Source: Octopus sinensis
Lineage: Eukaryota
Length of the DNA: 64,000 nt
Direction of reading: 5' to 3'
Assembly: GCF_006345805.1 (NCBI RefSeq)
Contig: NC_043002.1
Span: 33,170,001 to 33,234,000 of the forward strand
Shown: piece by piece, positions 24,478 through 36,854 of the stretch
Layout of the letters: every line of letters starts with the position of its first letter
Numbering within the stretch: the first letter of the stretch is position 1
Made by a program: the position numbers and the translations under genes
The notes under the pieces: generated by a model
The model's database searches: none
What the model saw: only the letters and a program-made list of their open reading frames with translations
Told to the model about the DNA's origin: nothing

Positions 24478-24770
24478 ACCAGCAGAACAGCCTATTCGTG
24501 AAATTAACGTTCAAGTGGCTGAGTACTCCACAGACACGCGTGCCCTTAACGTGGTTTTCTCGGGGAGATTCAGCGTGACACAGAATGTGACAGGGCCGCC
24601 GGCCCTTTGAATTACAGGAACAACTCATTTTTGCCAACTGAGCGAACTGAAGCAACGTGAAATAAAGCGCCTTGCTCACAGACACAACACGCAGCCGGGA
24701 ATCGAAAGTACGACCTTACGATCATAAGCCGAATGCCCCCTAACCATTACGCCACGCATCATCACATATT
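24478..24770 (-). mobile_element. SINE family C copy
   Basis: tRNA-like head on the minus strand (gcgtggcgtaatggttaggggg...cgattcccggc) and a body shared with 28250-28460. Confidence 0.7.
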
Positions 24771-25250
24771 GTAATACATAAAAAGCTCAAGACAGAGTTC
24801 GAATCCTGCAGAGATCGATTCTGTCGTTCGGAAGTCATATCTCACTTAGGTCACTCTTTCGATATCGATAAAATAATGTAACCGTCAAATACTGTGTCGT
24901 TTGTATTGACAAACTCAGCCATTCTTAAAAATTCTTGGCCTCACCTGTTGAACGCCGGGGTCGATGTAATCAACAAGCCCCATCCTCACAAATATCAGGC
25001 TTTGCACCTACAGAAAAAAAAGGATTATTATTAAAGAAGAGTAGTGTTAAGTGTAAGGGAGATAACTTGTGGGATTATGTACTATTAAAGGGAGGTAACT
25101 GAAATAATTGTTTTTTTTAAATATTTTCCAATATATTTTCCTGGCGTAGATTTCACCACCACCACCTCCTCTAAACAAACCACAAAGTCTACGAATTAGT
25201 GACAGAAAAAATCTTTATGTAGATATCCGACCTGCTAGAAATACTAGTCA

Positions 25251-25680
25251 AATTGGCTCTTTTCGGTTTGAACGGCAGTTTTTCTAGCGGTGTCATATGA
25301 AATTGTCACCAATAATTATGACCCTAGTATCGATCTATTGCATTTCAATCTGTTTTAGGGTTAGGGTTAAGGTTAGGGGTGGGGGGAAGGGTATCTTTTT
25401 TTCTTGTAAATAAACCCAATATGTTTCTTAAACGAGGGACATATTCATACGGCACAGAATGTTTTTTTTTTACCTCAATAGACGTCAGTGATTGGTTGAA
25501 ATTGAAGAAATTGAAGAAAAAAAAACAACAAATATCTTACAAACTATAGAATTTTCTCAATAAAGCCAAGAGAAAAAGATGTTTTATAAACATTCTACCA
25601 GTATACGAAGTTTAAAATTTTTTAGTTACCTAGAAATTATGTTGAAAACTGCCATTCAAACTGAAAAGATCTGCCAAATT
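25251..25680. mobile_element. MITE-like element with ~30-bp TIRs and an internal TTAGGG-like tract
   Basis: tcttttcggtttgaacggcagtttt / aaaactgccattcaaactgaaaaga, with ttagggttagggttaaggttaggggt at about 25355-25380. Confidence 0.7.
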
Positions 25681-26387
25681 TACTTCAAATGATGCTTTGC
25701 TATCCTTAAAGTGGGGTATGTATTGTATCATGTAGACCGTAATATACAATACATGAGAGATGTGCAGGATGGTACTAGCTTTGATCTTATACCTTCTGCT
25801 CAGTCGGGGTTAACCTGGGACTAAGCAGTGACAACATTAACATTATTCTAAATGTTTACATCTAGAGATGACCTTAATGGTCAAGGGTTCGAATCTATGG
25901 TAGGTATGATGTATTTCTGAGCTCAAGGTTCTATTTCTACGTTCTTTCTTTCCCTTCAATTATCTGCCAGCTGTAGGCACCACATCTCCTGGGAAGTTAC
26001 CTGAAATAGACTAACATACTATCCCGAGACATTTATTTTGCATCCACTTAATACCATAACGAAAAGAAAAAAAAATGAATCTAGCACCAACTTTTAATAA
26101 TTGTTTGTGGCCTGAGAGGTATCATAGGCATGATGATGAAATTAAGAAATTAGCTCTGGATCATGTGATTCTAGGCTCTAGTGTACTGAATAACAGCTGA
26201 GGTGTTTTCTGTCACAGGCTCGGAGCAGCCCAAGCTTTTTGAGTCAATGTTTGTTAAACAAAAACAGTATGTGAGTTGGACCAACGGGATAGATCATAAT
26301 TTCTTCTCCTCACTTTCAAAGCAGTTTTGAAAACCTTGTAAAGGTCAGAGATACTGTCCTTCCTCTTCTAAGCTTTAACCTTACTCT

Positions 26388-26778
26388 TTACTCTTTTACT
26401 TGTTTCAGTCATTTGACTGTGGCCATGCTGGAGCACCGCCTTTAATCGAGTAAATCGACCCCAGGACTTATTCTTTGTAAGCCTAGTACTTATTCTATCA
26501 GTCTCTTTTGCCGAACCGCTAAATTACGGGGACGTAAGCACATCAACGATTTGGAGGGGGGGGCAAACACACAAACATATACACACACATATAAATACAT
26601 ATATGTATACACATATATACGACGGGCTTCTTTCAGTTTCCGTCTACCAAATCCACTCATAAGGCTTTGGTCGGCCCAAGGCTATAGTAGAGGACACTTG
26701 CCCAAGGTGCCACGCAGTGGGACTGAACCTGGAACCATGTGGTTGGTAAGCAAGCTACTTACCACACAGCCACTCCTA
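26388..26778 (-). mobile_element. Full-length SINE family B
   Basis: tRNA-like head aggagtggctgtgtggtaag...ggttccaggttcagtccc, central (TA/TG) microsatellite and a (GTAAAAGA)-type tail. Confidence 0.85.
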
Positions 26779-27557
26779 TGCCTATTTAACTTTTCCAAAT
26801 ATAAGCACATAGAACTATTGGTTTCTTATGTTTCAATAGTGGCCATTACTTTCTCTAAATTTCTAAGTGTAATTTCCTGAGAGAATCTGTGTCCCTGTGT
26901 GTGATAGGAATGGACCTTTGTATTACAGATATAATCCATATAAATTAATGGTGTAATTCTTGTGTCAGGCTTCCACTTTCTGTCTATGAGATTTCATTCA
27001 CAAAAGTGCTAGTGACACGTGAAAAGCGCTCATGCCAGTGGCATGTAGAAGCCACTTGTGCCAGTGACATGTAAAAGGCATCTGCTACACTTTGTAGAGC
27101 AGTTGCTATTAGAAAGAGCATCCAGCTGTACAAACCAATCCAAAACAATAATGATGATTTCTTACACAAGCACAATGTCCCAAAGATGTGAAGCAAAGAA
27201 TTAATGAGAAAGTAGACTTCATATTTTTCTTAAAAAACAATATTGATGCCATCACTACTAGGTATTGTCCACTCAAAAGCAGGTTTAATATAATGAATCA
27301 CCATCTCAGTCCTTCTTGTGCAGTCCTTATATATCACTATACAAGTATTTTAAGTTTTCCCATTTTTTTTCATATCATCCATCTGCATAACTCTTGGTTT
27401 TTTTCTTTCCCTCTTCTCATTTGTCAACCATTTTTAAATAAGTGTCCAAATATTTCAGTTTCCTCTTGCACATGGTGTCTAATAAAACTTCTCTTAATTT
27501 TTGCCATTTTCTGTACTTCATCATTTATTTTATGTTTTCTCCCAAATAAAGATTATA

Positions 27558-27698
27558 TTAGGTTGTCCCAAAAGTTCGTAAACACTTAAGAAAATTGAAT
27601 TTTTACTCGCCAAGTACTAATAAAAACAACAAAAATTATTCCTCAAAATAAAGACCATTATTTTCCAAGACTTTCTACGAACTTTTGGGACAACCTTA
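27558..27698. mobile_element. 141-bp mariner-derived MITE
   Basis: TIRs ttaggttgtcccaaaagttcgta / tacgaacttttgggacaacctta, TA on both sides. Confidence 0.88.
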
Positions 27699-27699
27699 T

Positions 27700-28125
27700 A
27701 TAAGGCATAGTTCTGTGGTAAGAGGTTTCCTTCTCAAGCACATAGTTTCAAGTCCAATCGCACTGCATGACACCTTAGGCAAGTGTCTTCTATTATAGCC
27801 CCAGGCCAACCAAAGCCTTGTGAGTGAATTTGGTAGATAGAAACTGAAAGAAGACCATTGTGGGTGTGCGTGCTTGTGTGTGGATGTGTGTGTGTGTATC
27901 TGTCTGTCTGTCTGTCTTTCCACCACTTGACAACGAAGTGTTGGTTTGTTTACATCCTCATAACTTAGCAGTTCAGCAAAAGAGACAGATAGAATAAGTA
28001 CCAGACTTTAAAAAATAAGTACTGGGGTTGATTTGTTTGACTAAAACCTTTCAAAACAGTGCTCCAGCATGGCAGCAGTCCAGTAACCAAATCAAGTAAA
28101 AGACAAAAGAAAAGATAAAAGACAT
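27700..28125 (+). mobile_element. SINE family B copy
   Basis: Colinear with the 26388-26778 copy in the opposite orientation. Confidence 0.75.
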
Positions 28126-30415
28126 CTATTAAGTATTATTACAAAACATGAAGACCAAGGTATTCACCTCACAATCACAAGGTCGTGTATTCAATTCTCA
28201 GCGACGCATTGTGTTCTTGAGCAAGACACTTTATTTCATGTTGTTCCAGTTCACTCAGCTGGCAAAAATAAAACTATTGTACCTGTATTTCAAAGAGCCA
28301 GCCTTGTTACACTGTGTTGGGCTGAATCTTCCTGAGAACTACATTTAAGGGTACATGTCTCTGTGGAGTGCTCAGCCACATGCATGTAAATTTCATGAGC
28401 AGTGGGTTTTGTTGATCAGATCAACTGGAACCCTTCTCATCATAACCGATGGAGTGCTAGTTTTTTTAACAAGAAATAGTAATGATCAGGAGATGAATCG
28501 AAGCCACCTCATTATGATCTAAGGAAAATTTCACAAACAATCCAATCATTTAAAGCTATTTGACTACTCACATATTAGAAGAGAGGTTGGGAGTAATTGA
28601 GTAGAGCCAATGATTTCTAAAAGTCCTATTCGCTTTAAGATAAAAGATATCTATTAAGTATTATTACGAAACATGAAGGCCAAAGTATTCACCTCACAAT
28701 CGCAAGGTCATGAGTTCAATTCCCAGCAACACATTGTGTTCTTGAGCAAGACACTTTATTTCACATTGTTCCAGCTGAGGAGACTGGAGCAATGTGAAAT
28801 GAAGTGTTTTGCTCAAGAACACAAAGCGTCACCCGGTCCAGGAATTGAAACCACAATCTCATGATTATCAGTCCAATACCCTAACACCTATTTCAAGCTT
28901 CATGTTATCTGTTAATTGTCTTATGTCAAGTGTTCCTAAACTAAAATAGTTTGAAATATTTAACTTAAAGCAAATAGAACTTTTAGAAATCATTGGCTCT
29001 ACTCAATTACTCCATCCCTCTCTTCTAAAATGTGAGTTGTCAAGTAGCTCCACTACAGCAACAAACCTGTTCTGCTTTGGCCCCTCTTCTTGTGCTTTTA
29101 TCCATCTTCTGTCCTTCATCGCCTAGCATAAAATTGTTCCCCCAAAACTGCATAGTTCATAGTCTTGCAAACTGTATGATGGCTTTACTAGTGCTGGTGG
29201 CATGAAAAAAAATGTACCCAGTACTTTCTGTGAAGGGGTTGGCATTAGGAAGTAAGTTGCTTTCTTGAGACATGCGAACTCATAAGGGCCAGTTTCCCAG
29301 TTTCCGTGGTGTATGTTTTCTTCACCGGGACAGGATGCTGGTCCAACACAGGATTACTCATTTTTGCTAGCTGAGGAGACTGGAGCAATGTGAAATGAAG
29401 TGTTTTGCTGAAGAACACAAAGCGTCACCTGGTCCAGGAACTGAAACCACAATCTCATGATCATGAGTCCAACACCCTAACCACTAAGCCATGCACCACC
29501 ACAGGCATTAGGAAGGGGGTGCAGCTTTAAAAAAAAACCATGCTAAAACATAGATAGGAACACAATGCAGTCCTAAGACCCATCACATCCTGTCAAGCCA
29601 TCAAACCCACGCCAGCATGGAATATAGATATTAAATGATAATGATGAAGAGGATAACAACAATGGTGATAACAACAATGATAATGATGGCAATGATGATG
29701 ATGATGATGATGCAAAGTTAAGGGAAGAGGTGAACGAGAATCATGCCAGTCCCAGTGACATAAAAAAATTTGCTTCAGTTGAGATTCAAAAGTGGATTCC
29801 TGGCTTAAATTAATGAGGGAAAAAATTAGAAATTCTTTTACTGGAATTTTTCAAAACACATTTTTTAAATTCATTTTTATATCTTTTATTTTTCTAAAGT
29901 AAGAGATTAAAATCTTTAAAAAATTTTTAATTATTAATTTAAAGTAATCTTTCACAAAAGATTTCTCATTAATAAATAATCATATTATTTTGGATTTCCT
30001 TTTGCTATTCATCAGCCTTAGAAGGTCAAAAGTGATATTTCCTTTCAGGGAATACTTTTCAGCTTTCCATTCACTTATTCCAATAGCTGATAATTCCTGA
30101 GATTAGTTGCAAAAATAAACCGACTGGAAAATTTATCAGAAGATTTCCTTAAACATAAAATCAAGATTATAGCAGGATTTTCAGAGATTAGAAAATATAT
30201 TTTTATTCAAAGATTTTAAAATAGATTGCATTTATCTTTGCTTTAGTTCATAAATCCAGTTTATATAATATTCCTAACTTCTTGTCTGTCACAGACCCAT
30301 GACCATTTGAAGGTGCCATTATGGCTTTCAACTAAAATATTGTTTTTGATTCAAATTTTCTCTTTTCTGCAGACTCACAGTTGACTCCATGCTTAGGTAC
30401 AACCAAGGTATAATA

Positions 30416-30660
30416 TTGGGTCATCCCATAAATAATGGGTTTTTTTTTTATACTTCTATTACTTTTCAAAATTAAAATAAACAAAGTCCTTTTTTAATCT
30501 AAAATATACTCTCCTTCATTTTCTACAATGCTCTTCCATCTATCTGGTATACTTACAAGGCCCCTGTTCCAAAATTCACTTATAGTATGTGATGAAAAAT
30601 ACTCCTCCAGTACTGTCCTGCCCTCACCTACAGAATTCCTATTTTTTCCGTCCAGATAAT
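30416..30660 (-). mobile_element. Mariner 3' remnant (third family)
   Basis: Translates as EFWNRGLVSIPDRWKSIVENEGEYILD, with a TIR-like end ttggggtcatcccataaataatg. Confidence 0.75.
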
Positions 30661-30799
30661 TTTGAAGACTGGAGATGTGTGTATGCATGCTTGTATGCAT
30701 GTATGTATGTGTGTGTGCATGTATGTATGTATGGATAGATGGATGGATGGATGGATGGACGGATGTACATACATTTCCATATGGACTTGTCAATTTTGC

Positions 30800-31509
30800 C
30801 AGGTCCCAAATGGCCTGTTTATCCTGGTGAGAGAAGCTGGGATTTGTACAGAATACACAGAGCTATAATAGATATCATAAGCCATATGATCCAATTCTTT
30901 GACAGTTTCTTCAATTTCACTACCTTGGACCTCCCTTCTTCTTTTTAGTAACTCCAAAAGAATGAAAAACAATCTCTCTTTATTTCTCTCCTTGTTTATT
31001 TCTGTGTCCCTTTCTGTAGAAGAGCGTAGGCTCAAAACGTAAAAGACTTTTTCAATTCCTGAGCGTTATACTAAAACATCTGTTTGTTTTGTACACCACC
31101 TGTCTTCATCTTTTGTTTTTTTCGTGAACTCTCCCTATATATATATATCTGTTATCTCCCCTACTATCCCTCTAGTGTCTAACATCTGACCTCTAACATT
31201 TGACCTCCGATCTCTAACTTCTGAAATCAGAACGCCATGTTGAATCGTTAGCCCCTACATGCAATTTTTTTCTCTCCTTGTTTCTTTTCTGTGTATCTTT
31301 CTGTCGAAGAGTGTAGGCTCGAAACGTAAAAGACTTGTTTTATTTCTATTCCTCAGCGCCATACTAATACATTGTTTGTTTGTACTCCACCTGCCTTCGT
31401 CTTTTGTTTTTTTTCATAAACCTTCCCGTTTGAGCGTCAAATAATACTTTAATTGTTCCACATCCTCGCGTTGCTGTGTTTTTTTCTGTGTTTTCTTCTT
31501 TGGATTAAC

Positions 31510-31510
<1 letters not shown>
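30800..31510 (+). mobile_element. Tandem PLE pLTR remnants with two hammerhead-like motifs (31005-31047, 31293-31334)
   Basis: Reverse complement of the 3440-3650 pLTR, present twice and separated by (TA)n. Confidence 0.8.
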
Positions 31511-31540
<30 letters not shown>

Positions 31541-31725
31541 TTAATTAAAAAGCAGCAAAAATATCACAAAAACTGTTACTCGGAGTTTCATGTTCCCGTT
31601 TGTTGGACAGTTATGTTTAGAATGGAACAAAAATAAGGCTCCATCCTAAACAACACTGTCCAACAAACGGGAACATAAAACTCTGAGTAACAGTTTTTGT
31701 GATATTTTTGCTGCTTTTTAATAAA
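31541..31725. repeat. Fold-back (80-bp arms, 25-nt loop) carrying two decayed hammerhead-like copies
   Basis: Arms 31541-31620 and 31646-31725 are near-perfect reverse complements. Confidence 0.92.
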
Positions 31726-32731
31726 GCATATTACTCTACCTCTGGTATTCGAGTACTATTTTTTTCCACCTTGTTTCACATTTATGTGCTTATCTGGTGT
31801 ATCATCATCATCGTTTAGCGTCCGTTATATATATATATATATATATATATCAACAATTGAGGGTAAAATTAATTAATTAATCAATTTCACCAAGTGTTCA
31901 GTATGTAAAAGGACCATTTAAGGCGAATTCAAAATATTACATTATATAATTAGGGCTTAGTAAAATAAATTACTTTGCCACATACTGAACTTAGTATATA
32001 TATATATATATATATCATATCTATCTAATTGTGTTATATTATAGGTGTGTCTATAAGTGCCCAGCTATATACTTAAATGCTTTCCTCAATAAATATTCAT
32101 TGAAATGGCTCTGTGGAAGTTATAAGATGTTGCGCTAGCACTCAGCTCTAAGTGTACTAGTCCTTACAACAGAAACACCTGTAAGCCAATGAAGTTGACT
32201 TCATAATTCCTGTTCTTTTGTCATTAATTTATTAAAATGCTTTCTGCATTGAAAAAAAAAGTACTTCATCAAAATGATTTTGAGAAAGTTGTAAGATGTC
32301 ACACTGACATTCATCTTCTGGTGCACAATTTCTTTATAGCCAAAATAGCAAGCTAATGATGGTGATCATGTAACACCCAACTCTTTGTCATACATTTATT
32401 TTTTGATATTATGTTCTGTACTAAGCCAGTGAGCAGGTAGAACCATTAGCACACAGGGCAAAATACTTAGCAGCATTTCATCCGTCTCTACATTCAGAGT
32501 TCAAATTATGCCTTGGGGTGAGGTCAATAAGATATGTAACAGTTACAGACTGGGGTTGATGTAATTGACTTACATCTTCACTTGAACCTGTTGACCTTCT
32601 GTCAAAATTTGAAACCAAATATTATGCTCTGTACTGACCTGCTACTTCATATAAGAGAGTGGAATAGAAATCATCACACAGTTCACAACTCCCAGACAGC
32701 CAAAGCATGGTGCTATAGTGAATTGTAAATA

Positions 32732-33759
32732 CTGGGTTGTCCGGAAAATTCGTGCTGATTTATAGTAGCTTACCTTTCAACTTAATTTAGAACATGGTTG
32801 AGTCCATAAAATAGGATTTGACTACACCTCCATTTACAGCACAGCTTAAACTATCTTTTCATGGAAGAAGGTTTATGTTCCTATAACCTGTGTTAATTCT
32901 GTAACCCTTTAAAATGGAAGATAAGAAAGTTCATTTTCGGCACTTGATGCTTTTCTTTTTCCGTAAAGGGAAAATGCCTCACAAGCAACCAAAGAAATAT
33001 GTGCAGTTTATGGTGATGTTTCTTTATCTGAAAGAACTGTACGGAAATGGTTTGCAAGGTTCTGAGCTGGAGATTGTAGCCTTATTGATAAAGAGCGATC
33101 AGGCAGACCATCCACTACAGATGATGACCAAATCAAGTCATTAATTGAGAATAACCCACATTGCACGACCCGAGAATCAGCAGAAAGCTTCAACCTGTCA
33201 AAATCTCTCATTCATGAGCACAATGTTTGGGTAACACATGAGTTGAGTAAGAAGAACCTTTTGGATTGCATTTCCATTTGTGATTCACTTTATAAACGGA
33301 ATGAAAATGTGCCTTTTTTAAAGCAAATTGTGACTGGTGATGAGAAATGGATTATCTACCGAAATGTTCAGAAAAAGCGATCCTGGAGTAAGCAACATGA
33401 GCCACCCTCAGCCAACCCAAAAGCAGATCTTCACCCTAAAAAAGTCTTGCTTTGTGTCTGGTGGGATTGGAAAGGAATTCTGTACTATGTGCTTCTCCCA
33501 AGTAACCAGACAGTTAATTCTGAGAAATACTGCAAAGAACTGGAAGAGTTAAAAGCAGCAATTCAAAAGAAACATCCAGAATTGGGCAACAGGAAGGGTG
33601 CTGCTTTCCAACATGATAATGCAAGACCACACGTTTCTTTATGAACCAGACAAAAATTGCTGCAGCTCAGCTGGGTTGTGTTACCCCACCCTCCATATTC
33701 ATCAGATATTGCTCCTTCGGATTTCCACTTATTCAGGTCTCTGCAGAATAGTCTTAATT
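32732..33759 (+). mobile_element. Degraded mariner (mellifera-like), 3' truncated
   Basis: TA|ctgggttgtccggaaaatt left TIR. Translates as MEDKKVHFRHLMLFFFRKGK, IVTGDEKWI, HPKKVLLCVWWD, FQHDNARPH and PHPPYSSDIAPSDFHLF. Confidence 0.9.
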
Positions 33760-35959
33760 GATGAGTGATTAAGCATGTCCATATCCCTTGTGTGTGTGTG
33801 TGTGTGTGTGTTTCATTTATCCTGCACCTCTACTTGACAGCCAGTGTTAGTTATTTATTATTTCTTACAGTGTAGTTCATCAAAAAGAGAACAATAGAAT
33901 AAGTACAAGGCTTACAAGAAAGAAAAAAAAGAAAAGAATAGAACTGGGGTTCATTCATTCAACTAACACTCTTGAAGGCAGTGCCCCAGCTTGGCCGTAG
34001 TCCAGTGAGTGAAACAATCAAAAGATAAAGATTAAATTTATGATGACAAAGATAATGGTGATTATGATGATACTGATGACAAGAATAATAATAATGATGA
34101 TGGCGACATCAACAACAAGGAAATGAATAATAGTGTTGGTGATGATGATAATGATGATGACAACTGAAATTAATATGATAAACTAATTTATATCAAAAAT
34201 ACCACATCCATCACTGCTCCCACCGCAATTAATTACAACCACCACCATCACCACTACTAACACCACCACCACCACCATTACCACTAACACTACAACTACT
34301 GTCACTAGCACCACCACCACCACCACTTTTACAGAAGGACATTTTATTTTAAAATAATAATAACAATTATTAAATATTTCTCTGTTTTTGTATTTTCTGT
34401 GAATTAGATTTTACACAAAATGCTAATTTCTGAAAATAAAATCTTAATTACAGTAATTATCAATACAAATGAAAGAAGTAAAAATCTCCTTCATAATTTA
34501 TCAACAACCAAGATACAGCTAATTACTATGAAATACGACTTTCAAACGAGGGACAATAACAACAACTACATCATAACAGATTGAAAATTCATATAAACAT
34601 GATTGCAGCATGACGTGGGGATTATTTCAAAATCTTGTACCAGATTAATCCTAACTGGATTAAGGGAAGGTAGTAATGTAGTTTGTCTATCTGTAAAATA
34701 TTAGAAAAAATAAGCTAACACAGGTGCAGGAATGGCTGCGCAGTATGAAGTTTGCTTCCCAACCACATGGTTCTAGGTTCAGTTCCACTGTGTGTCTTCA
34801 ACCAAAGCTTTGGCCTGACCAGACTTGTGAGTGGATTTGGCAGATGGAAACTGTAAAAAGCCTGTTACACACACATATTACATAACATATATATATATAT
34901 ATATCATATATATATATATATCATCATCATCATCATCATCGTTTAACGTCCGATTTCCATGCTAGCATGGGTTGGACGATTTGACTGAGGGCTGGAAAGC
35001 CAGATGGCTGCACCCAGCTCCAATCTTGATCTGGAAGAGTTTCTACAGCTTGATGCCCTTCCTAACACCAACCACTCCGAGAGTGTAGTGGGTGCTTTTA
35101 TGTGCCACCGGCACGGGGGCCAGTCAGGCGGTACTGGCAACGATCTCGCTCGAATGTTTTTAAATATGCCACCAACACAAGTGCCAGTAAGGCAATGCTG
35201 GTAATGATCACACTCGAATGGTGCCTTTTACATGCATGCTCGGATGGTGCTCTTAACACCCTACTAATACGGGGCACAAGTGCCAGTGAGGCGATGCTGG
35301 TAATGATATATATATATATATATATAATCTTTGTGTCTGTGTTTGTCTCCCAGCACCACTTGACAACCAGTGTTGGTCTGTTTACATCCCCATAACCTAG
35401 CAGTTCAGAAAAAGGACCAATAGAATAAGTACCAGGTTTTAAAAAAAGAAAACTAATTTGACTAAAAAGTCTTCAAAGCAGTACACCAGCATGGCCACAG
35501 TCTAATGTATGAAACAACTGAAATATAAAAGATAACAATGTAACCTCTGAATAGTTGCTTTATATGCTAGAAGTAGTAGCCAAATTTCCCTCAAATTCCA
35601 CCTTATTTCAGAAAGGACGAATGCAATAAAGGATGTAGTTCTTGATGCTCTATATATCAGAATAATATGGGTGGTCATGGCGGGAATGTTGTTGATCATA
35701 GTTCAGCTCAATGAAGATTGATCTAAGACTAAATAACATGTGGGTAGCAAAATGCTCTCACACATATTGTAAAGTGGTTTGTGTCAGGAAGGTGTTTCTT
35801 GACATAATAAATACAAGCAAGAGGGTCAAAACAATGAGAAACCTTAATTTTGTATACAAGGCTAAAATAGCATGTTAGTGCTGTGCATAGCAGTAAGAAG
35901 ATCAGGTGGGAAGGAGTGGCCATATATGAGAGATCTTTGAATACCATCAAATAATTTCA

Positions 35960-36600
35960 CCAACTTGCTTTCAAAAGCAGAAAATAAACACCAAACAACC
36001 GAAATATTGTCCAAAACTTTTCTTTTCCTGTCAGGTATAAAACTTGAGCTGCTACCATCAATGTCATATTGATGAGTGCTAGAGACCTGGAGAGATTATG
36101 AAGTACTGGTGTGGAGGTGAGTAGATGATTGTTATGTAAAGTAATGTGATAGAGATGGGTAGCCTCAACCAGACTCCTTACTAGTAACGAACACAGATGA
36201 AAAATTCTTCTGACCAAAAAAAAAAAAAAAACAGAAAACGGTGCTGGGATAGGTGAAATACATATATTTTTGGCAGAGATAACTAGATGAAGTGAAGTAG
36301 TCAAAGTAAGTGTAAGAATGATTAAGTTTAGACTAGTCATGGATATGAAAGCAACAGTACACTGTCAGCATACACACCACAATCAGAACAGACAGATGAA
36401 CAAGAGGACAGGTCTATGAGGCCCTCTTGCAGACTACCTTCATAAAAATAATTACTGACCCCATTATCACTGCTGGTAACTTTAACAGGCATATTTGACA
36501 TTACCATGGTTAATAACATAGTCAGGATGGGAAAAAGGGTACATTCTGTATAGGTGATATTTTTGTGGAGGCAGAACTTTTGGGTCAGCTGTATAAGCAT
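35960..36600 (+). mobile_element. Highly degraded RTE endonuclease relic
   Basis: One frame gives SIHTTIRTD...LQTTFIKIITDPIITAGNFNRHI, resembling the APE GDFN motif, with stops. Confidence 0.5.
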
Positions 36601-36854
36601 GTATAGGCTTAAAGCCTTGAGGGTGGGTAGAGAGCAACAAACTCAAAAGCTACTTCAGGCACCTCACATTTTCTATTTTCTTTAGAAATATTAACTATGG
36701 GTTTTGGTAAACAATATAATGTACATCATGACTTCTGACTGTGACTGTTTCTTTTTTTCCCCCTTACTTTGAGTCACCGATCAAATTAAGAATTTTAACC
36801 AAACCGAACCTAGCCTAAAATTATATATATATATATATATACGTACATACATAT

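Noticed and set aside
29800-30350. Very AT-rich stretch as a possible mitochondrial insertion
   Set aside because: No recognisable mitochondrial protein, rRNA or tRNA motif.
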